Shown: positions 9,251 to 19,737 of the stretch, one piece after another
How the letters are laid out: each line of letters starts with the position of its first letter
How positions within the stretch are numbered: position 1 is the first letter of the stretch
Virus record (IMG/VR): IMGVR_UViG_3300037470_000569
Coordinates: 1-64,000 of that record
Reading direction: 5' to 3' (one strand)
Origin: a virus
Lineage: Duplodnaviria; Caudoviricetes
DNA length: 64,000 nucleotides
The notes under the pieces: model-generated
The model's database searches: none
Seen by the model: only the letters and a program-made list of their open reading frames with translations
What the model was told of the DNA's origin: nothing
Translations under genes and position numbers: made by a program

Positions 9251-12200
9251 CAGATGGTCCTCACAGTCAATGCAAGTTGTCGTCTTCGAAGAGTCTCCAT
9301 AACACTATCGGTGAATGCTCCGGCGACCTCACGTGCTTGACTCGGCGTCGTATCACTCGTGAAAGACACGTTGACATTCTCAATCGCGACACCTGCCGCT
9401 GCCATTGCACGACTTCCGATAGGCCGTGGTCCCGACTGATCCGCACCCGGTGAACTAGTTGGTGCGATCAGATCCAGCAACCCCGAGCGCTCGGCGAGTT
9501 CAATTGCCCGAGCTCGATCATTCAGCGGAATGACGACCTCAGGTGAGTGAAGCATTGCGAGCATATCTTCTCGGACAACGCCACCACGTGACATACCAAC
9601 GAGACCCTTGATGGCACCGATCGCGCCACCAACGCCCAAGCTGTTGATCTTATCAGCAAGACTTGTGATAAAGCCAACAGCAGTCTGTATCTTACCGATT
9701 AGATTCCCAATGAAGTCAGCGACCGCGCCGATGACTGTCTTCATATTCTCAAAACCTCTCTTCACAAAGTCAATCACAGGTGCAAGTACATTACCCAAGA
9801 TCTCAGCTACTGCACGTGCGACAGTCATGAACACGTTGAATTGAGTCTGAAGCGCTTCGATCACAGGTGTCAGTACAGCACGCACGATGTCAGCGATGAA
9901 ACCAAATGCGGTCTTCACTCGTTCAAGAGCCGCTGAGAATACTCCGGAAAGGAATGACGCTACTGGTGAGAGAACATTATTCCACCAGAACATGAAAATG
10001 GCAACGACGACGCCAACCGCGACTGCTAGCACCGCAACGAAGATAGTCGCTACTGCCTGAATGATTGGCATGACGACGCCTGTGAAGAAATTGAATAGCG
10101 GCGTCAGAACGTTATTCCACCACCACATGAAGACAGTAATCACGGCCTGCACAGCCACAACCAATACTGCGATGAAGACAGTGGCGACAGCTTGGATGAT
10201 TGGCAGTATGACACTCGTAAAGAAGTTAAAGAGTGGCGTCAGAACATTGTTCCACCAGAACATGAAGATAGCGATCACAGCTTGAACCGCGACGACCAGT
10301 ATGCCCAATATGATGATCCCGACCGCTTGAATAATCGGCATCACCGTGGTCATGAAGAAGTTAAAGAGTGGTACAAGTACTGTTTGCCAGATTGTCATGA
10401 AGACACTCATCAGTGTCTGGATGATCGGTGTCAATCCACTGATGATGTATAGCCCGAATGGTACGAGGATGTTCTGCCAGAGTGCTTGGAACATCGGCAT
10501 GATTGCGTTTAGTACAGGCAACAGCAGCGATGTCAGGAGCGTCACGAAGTTCGCAAACTGCGTCGCTAGGAATGCAACCGCAACGGCAATGGCAGTCATC
10601 ACCGGCACACCAATCGAAGTGAGGATTAGTGTGTTAAGATTGAGAAGACCTATAAGCAATGGAAGGAGCGCAACAAGTAGCTGTGCCAGGGCGATCGCAA
10701 TCTGCACGAACGCCTCGGCGAGCTGTGGCAGTACTGGTACGAATGCTTCAACCATCACAAGCATCCTAGCAAGCATTGCCGCAAGAACTGCATCAGCGAG
10801 TTGCGCAAGTACCGGCGCTAGGATTTGCAGCACCTGACCAAGACCGGTTCCAAGGATCTCTATCGTCTTCCCAATGACCGGGAAAAGTCGCTGGAAGATT
10901 TCAGTAATCGTCGTTAAGATTCCACTCTGTGCCAGTATGTCGAAGAACGTTCCGAAAGCCACCGCGAGTGAAGCGAACACGGGAACGAATGCTTGAAGTA
11001 CCGGCTGCAATCCACTGAGAAACGCTGATGTAACCGTCGCAACAATCTGGATCAGTGGTGTGAACGCCACCACGACCGAGGTGACAACACTGATCAGTGG
11101 CGGCAACACCGTCGCAACGAGTTGACCAAGGACACCAAACAATGGTGCGATTGCAGTTCCGAGCGCAGCAAATAGCGGTGCGATACCTGAGAACGCCTGA
11201 CCGAGAATAGCGCCAAACGCTTGGATTCCCGGTGCGAGTATCGCGAACGCTTGACCAATGCCATTGACGATCGCGACAATGCCAGGCGTTAGCCCCTGAA
11301 TGATCGGGCCAATTGCGTTGAAGAGCGTTCCAGCAACATTGGAGATGACCGGTGCGAGTTGTCCTAGTGAAGTACCAATGATCTCAGTTAGTGGACCGAG
11401 CGAGGTCTTCACGACCTCAACGAGCGGACCAAATGCGTCAGTTAACGTGAGCTGGATCGTATCTTTGAAGGTTGAGAACAGACCATTGAGAGTCTGTGCT
11501 TGCGCGGCCATCGCTCCAGCCGCCCCCGGAAATTCCTTCATACCCTTCAACAACGCCTGCACTCCGACGTCAGCCGGAATCAGACCATCACTGACTTGCT
11601 TCTGAAGCTCAGCCGTTGTGAGATTGAGGCCCTTTGCCATGGCTTCGAAGACTGGGAAGCCAGGAAGCGCTTCACCGATTTGCTGGAGCTCTTCGGTGGA
11701 GACCTTACCCTTTGACGCCATCTGTGCGAATGCCGTGATGACACGATCGATGGCCTCGGGTGGAGCACCTAGTACCGCGGTGAGATCACCGATCGTACTG
11801 ATCGTCGGGATGATCGCATCACGAGTGATCTTTAGAGCGCTCGATGTTGCGAGCAGCTGCTTAGCATTGTCAGCGAGTCCAGCGAACTCAAATGGCGTCG
11901 TTGCGGCAAACTGCTGCATCTCACGAATGAACGCATCAGCCTGCTCTGCCGAACCCAATAGAGCTTTGAAGGAAACCTGTGTCTGCTCGAGGGAGGCCGC
12001 TGACTTCAGACCAAAGCCAACAGCTGCGGCACCACCCGCTGCAAGTGCAGTACCGACGAGTGCTACACCTGTGGCGAGGAATCCGAGCGCGGCCTTAGCC
12101 CGTCCTGAACCACCCTCAACGTTGGAGCCGATGTCCGATCCAGCACGCTTCGACTCATCGGATAGACCGCGGAATGCTCCATCATCGTCGATACCTTTAA

Positions 12201-12390
12201 GCGATCGGTTCGCCGATGCAGCAGCAAGCCTGAACTGCAGTTCAATTGACTTTGCGGCATCTTTCGCCGCATCATCAATGCGACCCATGATCGCAATGAG
12301 CTTGAGCAACTCAGCTTCCGCACGCTGAGTATTGGCGGTGATCTCGACGAACGCCGATGCGATTGGACCAAGACCACCGCCGAATGACAT
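9250..12390 (-). CDS. tape measure protein
   Basis: 1046 aa; tape-measure domain (AATTPFEF, DRVITAFAQMASKGKVSTEELQQIGE); Ala/Leu/Gly-rich body with ~40-aa W/F repeats. Confidence 0.95.
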   Translation of the reverse strand: MSFGGGLGPIASAFVEITANTQRAEAELLKLIAIMGRIDDAAKDAAKSIELQFRLAAASANRSLKGIDDDGAFRGLSDESKRAGSDIGSNVEGGSGRAKAALGFLATGVALVGTALAAGGAAAVGFGLKSAASLEQTQVSFKALLGSAEQADAFIREMQQFAATTPFEFAGLADNAKQLLATSSALKITRDAIIPTISTIGDLTAVLGAPPEAIDRVITAFAQMASKGKVSTEELQQIGEALPGFPVFEAMAKGLNLTTAELQKQVSDGLIPADVGVQALLKGMKEFPGAAGAMAAQAQTLNGLFSTFKDTIQLTLTDAFGPLVEVVKTSLGPLTEIIGTSLGQLAPVISNVAGTLFNAIGPIIQGLTPGIVAIVNGIGQAFAILAPGIQAFGAILGQAFSGIAPLFAALGTAIAPLFGVLGQLVATVLPPLISVVTSVVVAFTPLIQIVATVTSAFLSGLQPVLQAFVPVFASLAVAFGTFFDILAQSGILTTITEIFQRLFPVIGKTIEILGTGLGQVLQILAPVLAQLADAVLAAMLARMLVMVEAFVPVLPQLAEAFVQIAIALAQLLVALLPLLIGLLNLNTLILTSIGVPVMTAIAVAVAFLATQFANFVTLLTSLLLPVLNAIMPMFQALWQNILVPFGLYIISGLTPIIQTLMSVFMTIWQTVLVPLFNFFMTTVMPIIQAVGIIILGILVVAVQAVIAIFMFWWNNVLTPLFNFFTSVILPIIQAVATVFIAVLVVAVQAVITVFMWWWNNVLTPLFNFFTGVVMPIIQAVATIFVAVLAVAVGVVVAIFMFWWNNVLSPVASFLSGVFSAALERVKTAFGFIADIVRAVLTPVIEALQTQFNVFMTVARAVAEILGNVLAPVIDFVKRGFENMKTVIGAVADFIGNLIGKIQTAVGFITSLADKINSLGVGGAIGAIKGLVGMSRGGVVREDMLAMLHSPEVVIPLNDRARAIELAERSGLLDLIAPTSSPGADQSGPRPIGSRAMAAAGVAIENVNVSFTSDTTPSQAREVAGAFTDSVMETLRRRQLALTVRTI

Positions 12391-12393
12391 CGC

Positions 12394-12780
12394 TTACCCT
12401 CCGGTTTGTCCGACAACGTAGCCGTGATCACGTGCTGCAGCGATCGTCGATGCAGCAGCCGCAGCATCACCCTTCCACCATGCCGGTACCTTGCGTCCCT
12501 TAGTACCCGATGGTCCGGTCACGGGATCACGCCTCACAAGCGCCATCGACTTCGTCCCCTGGAGTGTACGATCAAGTTCCGCTCGTTTCTTCGATTCAGC
12601 ATTACTCACGAGCATGAAATAGATCAAGTTCACATACCGACGAAACGGCAGTTGAAGTGGATCTATCGCTTGGGAAGCTGCCCACCCATCAAACTCATAC
12701 CAGTTTCGCCGGCCCCATTCGCAGAGGAGACCGACTGCTTCGTAGGGCGGCCACCATACTGCTCCACCAAATAGCGCCAC
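12394..12780 (-). CDS. tail assembly chaperone C-terminal extension (probably reached by -1 frameshift)
   Basis: Overlaps the upstream chaperone ORF in the -1 frame and lies directly before the tape measure gene. Confidence 0.65.
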   Translation of the reverse strand: MALFGGAVWWPPYEAVGLLCEWGRRNWYEFDGWAASQAIDPLQLPFRRYVNLIYFMLVSNAESKKRAELDRTLQGTKSMALVRRDPVTGPSGTKGRKVPAWWKGDAAAAASTIAAARDHGYVVGQTGG

Positions 12781-13139
12781 ACATTAAATGCGTCAGCGAG
12801 TGTGATCGGCTTCTTAGTCGATCGAAGTCGCTCAGCGAATAGCAGCGCGGAGTCGTCAAGCAGCACCTGGTCAAGGAATGACAGTAGGCGTGCAGTCTGC
12901 TTCTGGGCCTGCGATGCCATACCTTGTAGACGCTCGATGTTCTCGGGAGAGATGTCCTCTACATCAATCTCGGCCGCATTGAGTTGCGTGAAACCGAACT
13001 GACCCGACAGATCCATCATATCGGACATCAGTGCGGCGGGTACACTACTCACCGCCTCAAAGACATCACCGTCAAGTTTGAACTTCAGCGTCTCGGCGGT
13101 ATCTGTACCCGATCCTAGCTCGGGAATGTTGTCGTTCAT
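12663..13139 (-). CDS. tail assembly chaperone
   Basis: Position upstream of the tape measure gene; ends with WRYLVEQYGGRPT, typical of actinophage chaperones. Confidence 0.7.
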   Translation of the reverse strand: MNDNIPELGSGTDTAETLKFKLDGDVFEAVSSVPAALMSDMMDLSGQFGFTQLNAAEIDVEDISPENIERLQGMASQAQKQTARLLSFLDQVLLDDSALLFAERLRSTKKPITLADAFNVWRYLVEQYGGRPTKQSVSSANGAGETGMSLMGGQLPKR

Positions 13140-13438
13140 CGAACCTCCTGCTCGAGTGCGGGTCGTAGATATGGTCTCGCCCGCTGATAACGTGTACCCA
13201 GTTCTACGAACCGCGCGTAGTTGACATTCGAGCCAACACGAATCGAAACTTGTCCGGTGCCGGTCTCACGTGGATTCGTAGTCTGAATGGAAGACCGTAG
13301 TCTACCTGTGTCGACTGGGCAGAGACGCTTCGCGGTCGACTGAACTCGCAAACCTGTGCTTGAGAGCTTTGCACCAATAGGACCATGCGTTCGTCGAAGA
13401 AGCATGTCCATCAATGCATGATGAACAGTCACACTCAT
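13136..13438 (-). CDS. HK97-gp10 family tail completion protein
   Basis: AKRLCPVDTGRLRSSI, NVNYARFVELGT, ARPYLRPAL motifs. Confidence 0.9.
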   Translation of the reverse strand: MSVTVHHALMDMLLRRTHGPIGAKLSSTGLRVQSTAKRLCPVDTGRLRSSIQTTNPRETGTGQVSIRVGSNVNYARFVELGTRYQRARPYLRPALEQEVR

Positions 13439-13986
13439 CGTCCTACCACCGAACAGTCGTGACAGGCAACCAGACCAATGACCACGCGCAATGTCGATCC
13501 AGCGCAGCCGCCTTCAGGGCCCACGCTAGCGTGTTCATCGAGGATCCAATGGTAGTTATAACCCGCGACCTGACTGAACGACTCAGTGTCTTCAAGGCAG
13601 CACCGAACCGCCTCACGCACGACGAGCTGGTCGGCGAATGTCGTCGATGCAGCAGTCTCGAGTGCTGCGCAGCTTGGCGGATGATCAAGATCACCAACTG
13701 GTACACACCGCAGTACAGTCACCGAGTAAGACGCTACCTCATACGGTGCATCACACTTAGCCGCAGCAGTATCCGGCACTGGAAAGACGCGAGACGCATA
13801 CATCGACTCAAGATTCACCGTGAGCTGTCCGCCATTCACACCACCACAACAGTTCACGAAGTCGATTTCATTCCCCGGAACGACACAACGTCGACCCGGG
13901 CAACCGGCGGCCGTCGATGATAGCCCGACGCAGATGCAATCCAGCAATGCTCGTGCAACATCGAACGGACGAGTCTTCAGATTCAC
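13435..13986 (-). CDS. tail terminator-like structural protein
   Basis: Position in the head-tail joining module; Cys-rich actinophage pattern ending GPEGGCAG. Confidence 0.55.
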   Translation of the reverse strand: MNLKTRPFDVARALLDCICVGLSSTAAGCPGRRCVVPGNEIDFVNCCGGVNGGQLTVNLESMYASRVFPVPDTAAAKCDAPYEVASYSVTVLRCVPVGDLDHPPSCAALETAASTTFADQLVVREAVRCCLEDTESFSQVAGYNYHWILDEHASVGPEGGCAGSTLRVVIGLVACHDCSVVGR

Positions 13987-14007
13987 ACTAACCTCCTAGT
14001 CACAATT

Positions 14008-16341
14008 CTAGCCTAAGGTATCTTTAACGATCGCACTCTCAAGATAAATCGTCGACACGTGCAGCCCGATGCTTACACGTGATACACTCACGGTCGTTAA
14101 GGGCTGTGTATTAGTGCTCGGCGTCGAGATGCCAATCTCACCAATCGTCGGCAATGCAGGTGTGATATGTCCAGCTATTGGGACACTTGCATCTAGGTTG
14201 ATCACACCGGCCTCAAGCACAATCGACACATTATGTGTAGACTGTATTAAAGCGTCGACTGCTGCTTCACCGGTAATCGTCGCAGTTGCAACGAAGTTGC
14301 CTTGCATCGAGCGCGCAACCGCGGCTTGACCAGTAATGACCGCTGTTGCGTTGAGAGCATTCGAGGCGTCCGCGATGCGGACTACTGAACCAGTGAGAGC
14401 AGCGGTTGCACTGCGAGTTCCAGTGATCATGCGAGTAGCAACAACATCACTCGTGATGACAGCCGTAGCTGTCATAACACCTTGTGCTGAGCGAGTAACT
14501 GTCGCTGAACCCGTGATGATAGCAACAGCGTTGAGTGACCCGTCAGCTCCCGAGGCGCTCGATGTGGATGCCGATCCATTCACCGCTGCGGACGCCGTGA
14601 TAGTACCTACTGCGTTCGCTACTCTCGACGCCGCGCCCGTAGCCACCGCTGATGCTACGACGGCACCATCGACTTGACGTGCTACTGCAATTGTGCCGGA
14701 CGTGGTGGCAACTGCAGTCACATCACCTTGAGCGGCACGCGTGACAGTTGCTGAGCCAGTTATGAGCGCGTTCGCTACGATGGTACCCTGAGCGGTCCCT
14801 GGTGTCGTCACGACTGCAGAACCGTCGATTACTGCAGCAGCGTTCAACGTGCCGGCTACAGGTACACTGCGAGTAACTGCGCCTGTCGCAACTGCTGTGG
14901 CCGAGGTTATCCCATCAACCGATTTCGAGCTCGTCGCCGAACCTGTGATGACCGCCGCTGCCGATGCCGTACCTTGCGCGCCCGCTACCCTGGACGCTGC
15001 TCCTGTGAGCGTCGCTATGCCGCTCACAGATCCATTCACCGGCTTAGATGCAACACCTGTACCAGTGAGTACAGCGGACGCAGACACTGAGCCAGTAGTG
15101 GGTTGTGTGACGACACCTGCGCCTGTGATTGACGCAGCCGCATTCAAGTTGCCTGAAGCATCTCGCGGAACTGTCGCTGAACCGGTAATCACTGCAGCGG
15201 CATTGAGTGAACCCGTCACAGCACGTTCGACAGTCGCTGAGCCCGTGATCACTGCGGCAGCATTCACATTACCAGATGCCGTGGCTGTACGAGATGCCAC
15301 ACCGGTAATGACTGCACTCGCTGAGACTGTACCTATCACTGAACGTACGAGAGTCGCAGAACCCGAGATAGTTGCAACAGCCGTTGTTGTGCCAGCTACC
15401 GGGCGGCTAACAGTGATCGATCCAGTCAGCGTCGCAGTGGAAGAACGAGTTCCATCCACCGAGTTCGACACTGATGATGGCCCGCGTAGTAGCGCCCCAT
15501 TACGTAATGCAGAACCACCGCCGGGCTTGCGTAGCTGGAATCTCGAAGCGGAGCCCGTCGACCCCACCGATACTGTACCGATGATGATCGCAGTGGCGAC
15601 CATGACACCGTCGATCTCAACAGGTGGCAGTTCTCGTAAGCGAACAATGACCGCTGGTCCAGCACCGTTTGTGCCGACCGTATGCGTCGCAGTCCACGTA
15701 GGTGCCGCAGACGCAGTGCCCGTCGCGCACAGCGCGCTGTTCGTGTTGCCACCGCTGTCGAGGCCGGTCGTGATCCGAGGGTTCTGGTTACCCGCCGCAA
15801 CAATCCCAGAGAATGTCGCGCCCGTAGCGGTCAGAGCGGACGCGGACACGGTGCGGGCAAGATCCGTTGACCAGGCGCCCCCCACGATCAGCAGGTCCCC
15901 GGCCGTGATCCCGGGATTAGCGTCGAACACCACCGACCACGCCGTGTTGGCCGTCGTATCCACACCCGACGAGAACCCTGTAACGATGTCCATAGCCGGG
16001 TTCTTCGTGACCCGGTACATGACACCGAAGCAGCTGTTACCCGACCCAATAGTCACAGTTAAGTTTCCTGTGATTGTCCCAGGGAACTTAATGATGTATG
16101 CCGCAACCTGCATCGACCCGGTGTCGGTGCCAGCAACCGTCGTACCATTCGTACGAGTTCCAAGTAGCGTCCACGGCACGCCGCTCGTGATCGGCGTTGT
16201 GATCGCCGCGTTGAACGGTTTCGTGCCGATCAACAGGACGCCATAGTCGTTCGCCGCGATCGACGCCGGGTACGGCACCTGCAATAGCGTCGCTGACGCC
16301 GTTGCAGTCGACACCGTGGTAGAGGCAACGGCCAGAGCCAT
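14008..16341 (-). CDS. fibre-like structural protein with 20-residue repeats
   Basis: 777 aa, A/T/G/V/S-rich; about twenty tandem 20-22-aa repeats. Confidence 0.75.
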   Translation of the reverse strand: MALAVASTTVSTATASATLLQVPYPASIAANDYGVLLIGTKPFNAAITTPITSGVPWTLLGTRTNGTTVAGTDTGSMQVAAYIIKFPGTITGNLTVTIGSGNSCFGVMYRVTKNPAMDIVTGFSSGVDTTANTAWSVVFDANPGITAGDLLIVGGAWSTDLARTVSASALTATGATFSGIVAAGNQNPRITTGLDSGGNTNSALCATGTASAAPTWTATHTVGTNGAGPAVIVRLRELPPVEIDGVMVATAIIIGTVSVGSTGSASRFQLRKPGGGSALRNGALLRGPSSVSNSVDGTRSSTATLTGSITVSRPVAGTTTAVATISGSATLVRSVIGTVSASAVITGVASRTATASGNVNAAAVITGSATVERAVTGSLNAAAVITGSATVPRDASGNLNAAASITGAGVVTQPTTGSVSASAVLTGTGVASKPVNGSVSGIATLTGAASRVAGAQGTASAAAVITGSATSSKSVDGITSATAVATGAVTRSVPVAGTLNAAAVIDGSAVVTTPGTAQGTIVANALITGSATVTRAAQGDVTAVATTSGTIAVARQVDGAVVASAVATGAASRVANAVGTITASAAVNGSASTSSASGADGSLNAVAIITGSATVTRSAQGVMTATAVITSDVVATRMITGTRSATAALTGSVVRIADASNALNATAVITGQAAVARSMQGNFVATATITGEAAVDALIQSTHNVSIVLEAGVINLDASVPIAGHITPALPTIGEIGISTPSTNTQPLTTVSVSRVSIGLHVSTIYLESAIVKDTLG
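14245..15456 (-). repeat. coding tandem repeat, ~20 x 20 aa
   Basis: Consensus xG(T/S/N)xxA(x)A(V/T)(I/L)TGxA(x)VxRxx read from the translation. Confidence 0.8.
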
Positions 16342-16395
16342 GTGGTCCGTTACCCCACTTTCATGTCAGAAGTTTACTCGGATAAAGGGAAACGT

Positions 16396-16611
16396 TCAGG
16401 TGATGAGCGGATCAACTGGCGGCGGTATAGCCGCGAGCGCCGCGGCGGTGTCCTTCTTCTTCCAATAGTTGACGGTCGTGTCACGCACCCATTCACGCAA
16501 CACAGCTTGAGCATTCGCCGCAGTAACAGGCGCTCTGTTGCCCGTGACACATAGCGCCTCAGTCACCCGAGCTACCTGACCCGGAGGGATAGTGATCGTG
16601 ACGTCAGGCAT
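16396..16611 (-). CDS. small virion-associated hypothetical protein
   Basis: 71-aa ORF with GAGGAAAG ribosome-binding site, inside the structural operon. Confidence 0.7.
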   Translation of the reverse strand: MPDVTITIPPGQVARVTEALCVTGNRAPVTAANAQAVLREWVRDTTVNYWKKKDTAAALAAIPPPVDPLIT

Positions 16612-16620
16612 GCTTTCCTC

Positions 16621-17547
16621 TCAGAACCATGGGCGGGGGGTAGGCACCCGAGCTGCCACATCAGTGATAGCGGGAGTGACGTTCGGTTGATGTGCATCCC
16701 AATAGCCAGTCGGGACCGCCAGGACTGTGCTGTCTGGGTTAGTGCGGGTCACGTTGCCAGCTTGGCGGACGTAACCTGGCGAACCGGACACGACCGTCGT
16801 GTCACAGTTCGCTGAGGTACCCGAATAAAGCGTTGTGATGGTCTGCGCCATGCCACGACCATCAAAGATCCATTCTCGGAAGTCGCAGATCGGATCACGA
16901 GGCCAATCCGAGTCGATGTCACCAGGCCACGCCGCCTGTTGAATCGGCTCAGTCCAGAACTGACCATCACCAATTGGCTTCGACGCTCTAGGACTTTTAA
17001 CTAGCACGTCATGAAACTCAACTGGCGGACGACCCCGAGTCACATTCTCAATCGTGCATCGGAACGCCACCTCATCAGCCTGTTGATCAGTGTCAACGTA
17101 AGGCGGCACTTGGTTATCACCGGGCTTAATCTCAAGAGCAAGCCAATCCTGCTTAGGCGATTTAAACACACGGAAGCGCAACCATTCACCGTACTCCCAG
17201 GCCATGCCCATTGACACTGGCGAGTTTATATCGATGAACGAGTCAGGCGTCAGGACGTTGGTCGACCGAAACGTGCCACTAACTGAGTTGTCATAGCAAC
17301 CCCAGTTAACGACTGTGCGTTGATCATCAGGCAAGTCGTCATTGTCATATGCCTGGATACCAATATGACCTGCGCCGACGCTGATACCAGATGCATCTAG
17401 GAAATCGACCTGTTGAGCCCAGTAGTAAAGCAGGACATCACCCCAGCCCTTAGCATGAATTGGCGGGCCCTGTACAGGACGAATGTCAATACCGATCTCG
17501 TCAACTGCATCACGCCTCCGAGTGCCGGGCACGGCATAGATGGCCAT
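16621..17547 (-). CDS. hypothetical structural protein
   Basis: 308 aa; its ATG abuts the stop of the upstream gene. Confidence 0.7.
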   Translation of the reverse strand: MAIYAVPGTRRRDAVDEIGIDIRPVQGPPIHAKGWGDVLLYYWAQQVDFLDASGISVGAGHIGIQAYDNDDLPDDQRTVVNWGCYDNSVSGTFRSTNVLTPDSFIDINSPVSMGMAWEYGEWLRFRVFKSPKQDWLALEIKPGDNQVPPYVDTDQQADEVAFRCTIENVTRGRPPVEFHDVLVKSPRASKPIGDGQFWTEPIQQAAWPGDIDSDWPRDPICDFREWIFDGRGMAQTITTLYSGTSANCDTTVVSGSPGYVRQAGNVTRTNPDSTVLAVPTGYWDAHQPNVTPAITDVAARVPTPRPWF

Positions 17548-19022
17548 TAGGCGGGGATCTCCACACCCACCCGGTGGATACCCAGCGTGCGAGCTGTCGC
17601 GTTGATCGTACGCAGGGAGGCTGTCGCTCGCATATACGTCGTAGCCCCAGGAATCGATGCAGCACCCGAGACGTCGATCATCGGCCCGGAGCCCGTGCCA
17701 GCTGTCAGGTTGAATATCTGGCCGAATGGGTAACCGCCGCCAGGTCTCACGAAAACATAAAAGTCATAGACATTATTCTGCACGAGCGCCACGCCACTAT
17801 CAAGAATGGCTTCCGTCGTCCCATTCTTCACGGTCATGAAGAAATTAGTCTGGGTCTTTCCACCATTAACATTGATCCGCTGGAATCCGTGACGGTGGCC
17901 AGCAGGATCATCCGCTCCAACACTGGTCGTGCCAGTCTGGTCGGTGAGACCGAGAAAGATGCGAGAGCCGGTGGATGCGCCGGAGTTGTTATAGGAGGCG
18001 TCCTCGAATGTGACCCGAGCGTGGTAGTAGTAGCCACACCAGGGCAAGACACTATCGCCACGGATCCATAGTAAGTTCGTAGAGAACACCGAGAAATCGG
18101 AGCCTGCTGTCGCGGCTGTTGACAGCTTAGTACGGAACCCCAGGATCGATGTTGGCGTGGGATGAGAGACGGTCGGTGTAGATGTCCCTGAGATAGTGCT
18201 CGGTGCCCACGATGAAAGCATGCAGCTAGATAGGGTCGTCCCTGTATTGGGAGTGGCCATCCACAGGTTCTCAGGACCGGTGATCATTGATCCAAGATAC
18301 ATTTCACGGTCATATGACCTGACGGCCAAGACCGGGCGGTAACCTAACCAGCGGGCATAGAACTTTAGGTGATCATCCTCAGCGAACGCGGCGGGCGTAG
18401 AGAACTGCGCTTGCAACGCTATCGCGCCAGAGCCGTCATCGGGGTAAAGCTCGAAGCCGCCCATCTGAGTGATGGGATCTGAACCCGTATCAAGATGAGT
18501 GTCGGAGTGATCGGTGGAGGCGTATTCGCCGCCGTGTAGGTGATTACCAGCCGCGGCAGTCGTCGAAGTTGTTCCCAGCTCGGGTGTACGATTGATAAGC
18601 TGCCGCTTATCAACAATGTTCGCCGCGGTAATCGATGTGGCTGTCGCCGGGATGTAGACAACGCACAGCACAGTGCTCGACGCAGGGATCGCCGGAAACT
18701 CAGGCGCTGCTGCCGCGGTGCCAGCCACAATGGCGAGAGTCCCGCCTATATTAGTCTTAACGAGATCGAAACGATTCAGAGTGGCGTGTGCCGCTCCCGG
18801 TGTGACCGTCGCTCCAGTGATCGCTACGGGGGTAGAAGTGCCGACGTGAACTGAACCTGATGCAACCGCAACTCCGAGCGTAACACCCGAACTCGCGGGC
18901 GTACATACGCACCCGGACACGACCCCAAACGCATTGGCTGCGGCCGAGATAATGTCGAAATCAACACTGTCAGGTTCGGCCTGAGTAGGCCACGTAGCCC
19001 CACTCGTGTTCGGAATCGGCAT
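17547..19022 (-). CDS. tail-fibre/minor structural protein
   Basis: N-terminal GVVSGC...RFDLV motif seen in tail-fibre N-termini; AAAGNHLH-type motif; T/G/A-rich. Confidence 0.65.
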   Translation of the reverse strand: MPIPNTSGATWPTQAEPDSVDFDIISAAANAFGVVSGCVCTPASSGVTLGVAVASGSVHVGTSTPVAITGATVTPGAAHATLNRFDLVKTNIGGTLAIVAGTAAAAPEFPAIPASSTVLCVVYIPATATSITAANIVDKRQLINRTPELGTTSTTAAAGNHLHGGEYASTDHSDTHLDTGSDPITQMGGFELYPDDGSGAIALQAQFSTPAAFAEDDHLKFYARWLGYRPVLAVRSYDREMYLGSMITGPENLWMATPNTGTTLSSCMLSSWAPSTISGTSTPTVSHPTPTSILGFRTKLSTAATAGSDFSVFSTNLLWIRGDSVLPWCGYYYHARVTFEDASYNNSGASTGSRIFLGLTDQTGTTSVGADDPAGHRHGFQRINVNGGKTQTNFFMTVKNGTTEAILDSGVALVQNNVYDFYVFVRPGGGYPFGQIFNLTAGTGSGPMIDVSGAASIPGATTYMRATASLRTINATARTLGIHRVGVEIPA

Positions 19023-19034
19023 GAATCATTCCTA

Positions 19035-19436
19035 TCAGGCCGCGACGGGCGTGATCGCGAATGAGTGTGCCGTGAGCGTGAGCGTGTCACCCGTGTTCAT
19101 AGTCTTCGGGACCGTGAGTGCAAACGAGTAGTAGAAGTTGCCAACCGTCAGCGCATCCCACACCGAGATGTAACCGACGACCTCGCCATTCGTACCTGCC
19201 CATGAAGCCCACACCGGGAACGTGGCCACGATGGCCTTCACACCAGCTGCGGCTGCGCCCCAAGCAAGGACTACACGGGTGGTGACGCTCGACGGGTTGC
19301 TGGTGCCAGCCGCACCGGGATCGCCGGTGTTAGTATGCAACGCCGCGTATGTGTTCGCGGTCGCGGTGAACGTCGTACCAGACAAGACGTTCAAGACCTT
19401 GTTGATGAAGTTAACGGGGTGAAGACCTGTGGCCAC
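19035..19436 (-). CDS. small phage tail fibre-type structural protein
   Basis: NKVLNVL...YAALHT.DPG...VWDALTVGN...MNTGDTLT pattern. Confidence 0.7.
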   Translation of the reverse strand: MATGLHPVNFINKVLNVLSGTTFTATANTYAALHTNTGDPGAAGTSNPSSVTTRVVLAWGAAAAGVKAIVATFPVWASWAGTNGEVVGYISVWDALTVGNFYYSFALTVPKTMNTGDTLTLTAHSFAITPVAA

Positions 19437-19445
19437 AACCGCTCC

Positions 19446-19737
19446 TTACGATGATTGATGTGTTTCGAGTGCGGCCGCGACGTCGGGCGGCATACCAAAT
19501 AGGTCAACAAGCTGGCTGGCCAAGGAGATGACCTTCTCCTGATCAATCTCGCATACATCAGCCCATTCACATGCGGACGGCATGGCAGCGGCATACGCCT
19601 CGTAGAATTTGAAGGCGAGTGCTTCCGCATACTGACCGAGCGGTCCACGTTCAAGACCGATAGATCCGATGATCTCGCACTTATATTCGACACCATCTGT
19701 GCCGGTGAAGAACGTTGTGCTAATCACATCACTCATC
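19446..19737 (-). CDS. hypothetical protein
   Basis: Likely start MSDVIS at 19737 with GGAGG upstream (track ORF starts at 19790). Confidence 0.55.

Noticed and set aside
9950-10400. Near-identical ~120-bp nucleotide repeats
   Set aside because: These encode ordinary tape-measure W/F repeats; there are no unique spacers, so this is not CRISPR
11618-12328. 236-aa plus-strand ORF and other plus-strand ORFs over the tape measure gene
   Set aside because: Shadows of the tape measure gene
14849-16246. 465-aa plus-strand ORF
   Set aside because: Antisense shadow of the low-complexity repeat fibre gene
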